NCBI GenBank assembly: GCA_963922815.1
Contig: CAWUKD010000001.1
Coordinates: 36,631 to 100,630 of the forward strand
Length of the DNA: 64,000 nt
From: an uncultured Gammaproteobacteria bacterium
GTDB lineage: Bacteria > Pseudomonadota > Gammaproteobacteria > Steroidobacterales > SZUA-146
Direction of reading: 5' to 3'
Position 1 is the stretch's first letter. Each line of letters begins with the position of its first letter. The notes beneath the pieces were generated by a model. That model had not been told where the DNA came from. It saw only the letters and a list, made by a program, of their open reading frames with translations, and searched no databases. The translations under genes were made by a program, and so were the position numbers. Shown here in pieces: positions 63,234-64,000 of this stretch.

Positions 63234-64000
63234 ATGAGCCCATCAAATACCCAAACCCGTCACTCGTCCATGGATCGGGGCATCGAAAAAAGCCGCCGCA
63301 AACCGATCATGGCAGGCGTCATCGTCGCGGGCCTCGCCGCTCTGGCGTACATCGCCTGGTCGTCCATCGACGCCACGACCTCGTTCACGCTGGACGGCCA
63401 GCGCATTCGCATTGCCGAAGTCGACAGCGGTGTCTATGAGGATTTTATTCCGCTGCGGGCGGCCGTTGAACCCGAGCGCACGATCTATCTGGACGCGATC
63501 GAAGGTGGCCGCGTCGAAGCCGTGCTCGTAGAAGAAGGCGCGATGGTTGAAAAAGGCGATCCGCTCATCGAACTGTCCAACACGGCTATGCAACTCGACG
63601 TCATTGCACGCGAGGCGCAGGTCAGCGAACAGCTGAACAACCTGCGCAACACACAGCTGGCCATCGAGCAGAACCGATTGGCCCTGAAAAGTGAGCTGAT
63701 CGAAATCGACTATCAGATCATTCGCCTAAACCGTCTGGTCAAGCGCTACGACGAACTCGATGGCAAACAGTTTATTTCCCGAACCGAATACGACAACGGT
63801 CGCGACGAACTGGCGTACTGGAAGAAACGTCGGGACGTCACGCGCGAGAGTCAGGCGCAGGACGAAAAGATTCGACTCGCCCAGATCGAACAGCTCAACG
63901 GTTCTGTGACCCATCTGGAAAAAAACCTGGAGTTAACGCGGGCCAACCTCGACAGCCTGCTCGTACGTGCCCCCCGCTCGGGCCACCTGACCTCGCTGAA
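63234..64000 (+). CDS. HlyD-family / efflux periplasmic adaptor (membrane fusion) protein, 3'-partial at the window edge
   Basis: Not in the ORF track because there is no stop inside the window. My translation: MSPSNTQTRHSSMDRGIEKSRRKPIMAGVIVAGLAALAYIAW..VEEGAMVEKGDPLIELSN..QLNNLRNTQLAIEQNRLALKSEL, that is, TM anchor, lipoyl-like hairpin and coiled coil. Given the promoter position, the true start may be the ATG at 63270 (MDRGIEK). Confidence 0.75.
   Translation, partial: MSPSNTQTRHSSMDRGIEKSRRKPIMAGVIVAGLAALAYIAWSSIDATTSFTLDGQRIRIAEVDSGVYEDFIPLRAAVEPERTIYLDAIEGGRVEAVLVEEGAMVEKGDPLIELSNTAMQLDVIAREAQVSEQLNNLRNTQLAIEQNRLALKSELIEIDYQIIRLNRLVKRYDELDGKQFISRTEYDNGRDELAYWKKRRDVTRESQAQDEKIRLAQIEQLNGSVTHLEKNLELTRANLDSLLVRAPRSGHLTSL

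Noticed and set aside
1-64000. CRISPR arrays, tRNA/rRNA genes, integrons, prophage or known defence-system genes.
   Set aside because: I saw no spaced direct-repeat arrays, no tRNA-like T-arm/acceptor patterns, and no integrase, phage structural, restriction or nuclease/helicase defence-type ORFs. Every ORF longer than 300 nt with good coding character is accounted for above.

Overview
This is a gene-dense 64-kb chromosomal window, mostly minus-strand and moderately GC-rich by eye. The gene set (WS/DGAT, a PEP-CTERM protein, a TonB-dependent receptor, gamma-butyrobetaine/carnitine catabolism, TSP3/FG-GAP proteins) suggests a marine gammaproteobacterium, but that is a guess. All function calls come from reading the translated ORFs and recognising family motifs from memory; no search was run.

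Layout, left to right:
1. 0.2-8.1 kb: three tandem paralogous secreted FG-GAP proteins of about 860 aa. Each has exactly 14 repeats and an N-terminal TSP3/dockerin-like Ca-binding module. A 5'-truncated IS66 transposase remnant follows at 8.5-9.6 kb.
2. 9.8-20.2 kb: malate synthase G, then a six-gene gamma-butyrobetaine/L-carnitine operon (hydroxylase, BKACE, carnitine dehydrogenase-thioesterase fusion, acyl-CoA dehydrogenase, CaiD-like hydratase, NDP-forming acyl-CoA synthetase).
3. 20.6-23 kb: tetR followed by a fused sat-cysC. A TonB-dependent receptor is transcribed divergently.
4. 26-39 kb: housekeeping and lipid-related genes (DUF1295, family III CoA-transferase, DUF3336-patatin, TauE, MBL hydrolase, ABC-F YbiT, lysophospholipase-like hydrolase, aldehyde dehydrogenase, UDG-family protein, long-form GAPDH).
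5. 39.3-46.3 kb: cysB and a cysJ-cysI-cysH-cysG operon.
6. 47.9-50.4 kb: a subtilase homolog in which all three catalytic residues are substituted. It carries at its C-terminus the same Ca-binding module found in the FG-GAP trio.
7. 50.6-55 kb: a WS/DGAT with a histone-H1-like Lys/Ala tail plus an alpha/beta hydrolase, an Asp/Glu racemase, and an AAC(3)-I-like GNAT.
8. 55-57.7 kb: a Cpx-like two-component operon with a translationally coupled 96-aa ORF. It has a perfect GTAAA-N5-GTAAA box and a divergent ORF-less unit ending in a strong intrinsic terminator.
9. 57.7-64 kb: a TetR/NTF2 pair, a PEP-CTERM protein, and a histidine kinase plus sigma-54 activator divergent from an HlyD-type adaptor gene that has a near-consensus -24/-12 promoter.

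I recognised no rRNA, tRNA or CRISPR array. The main candidate for something undescribed is the shared roughly 95-aa module that links three double-propeller proteins to a catalytically dead subtilase.
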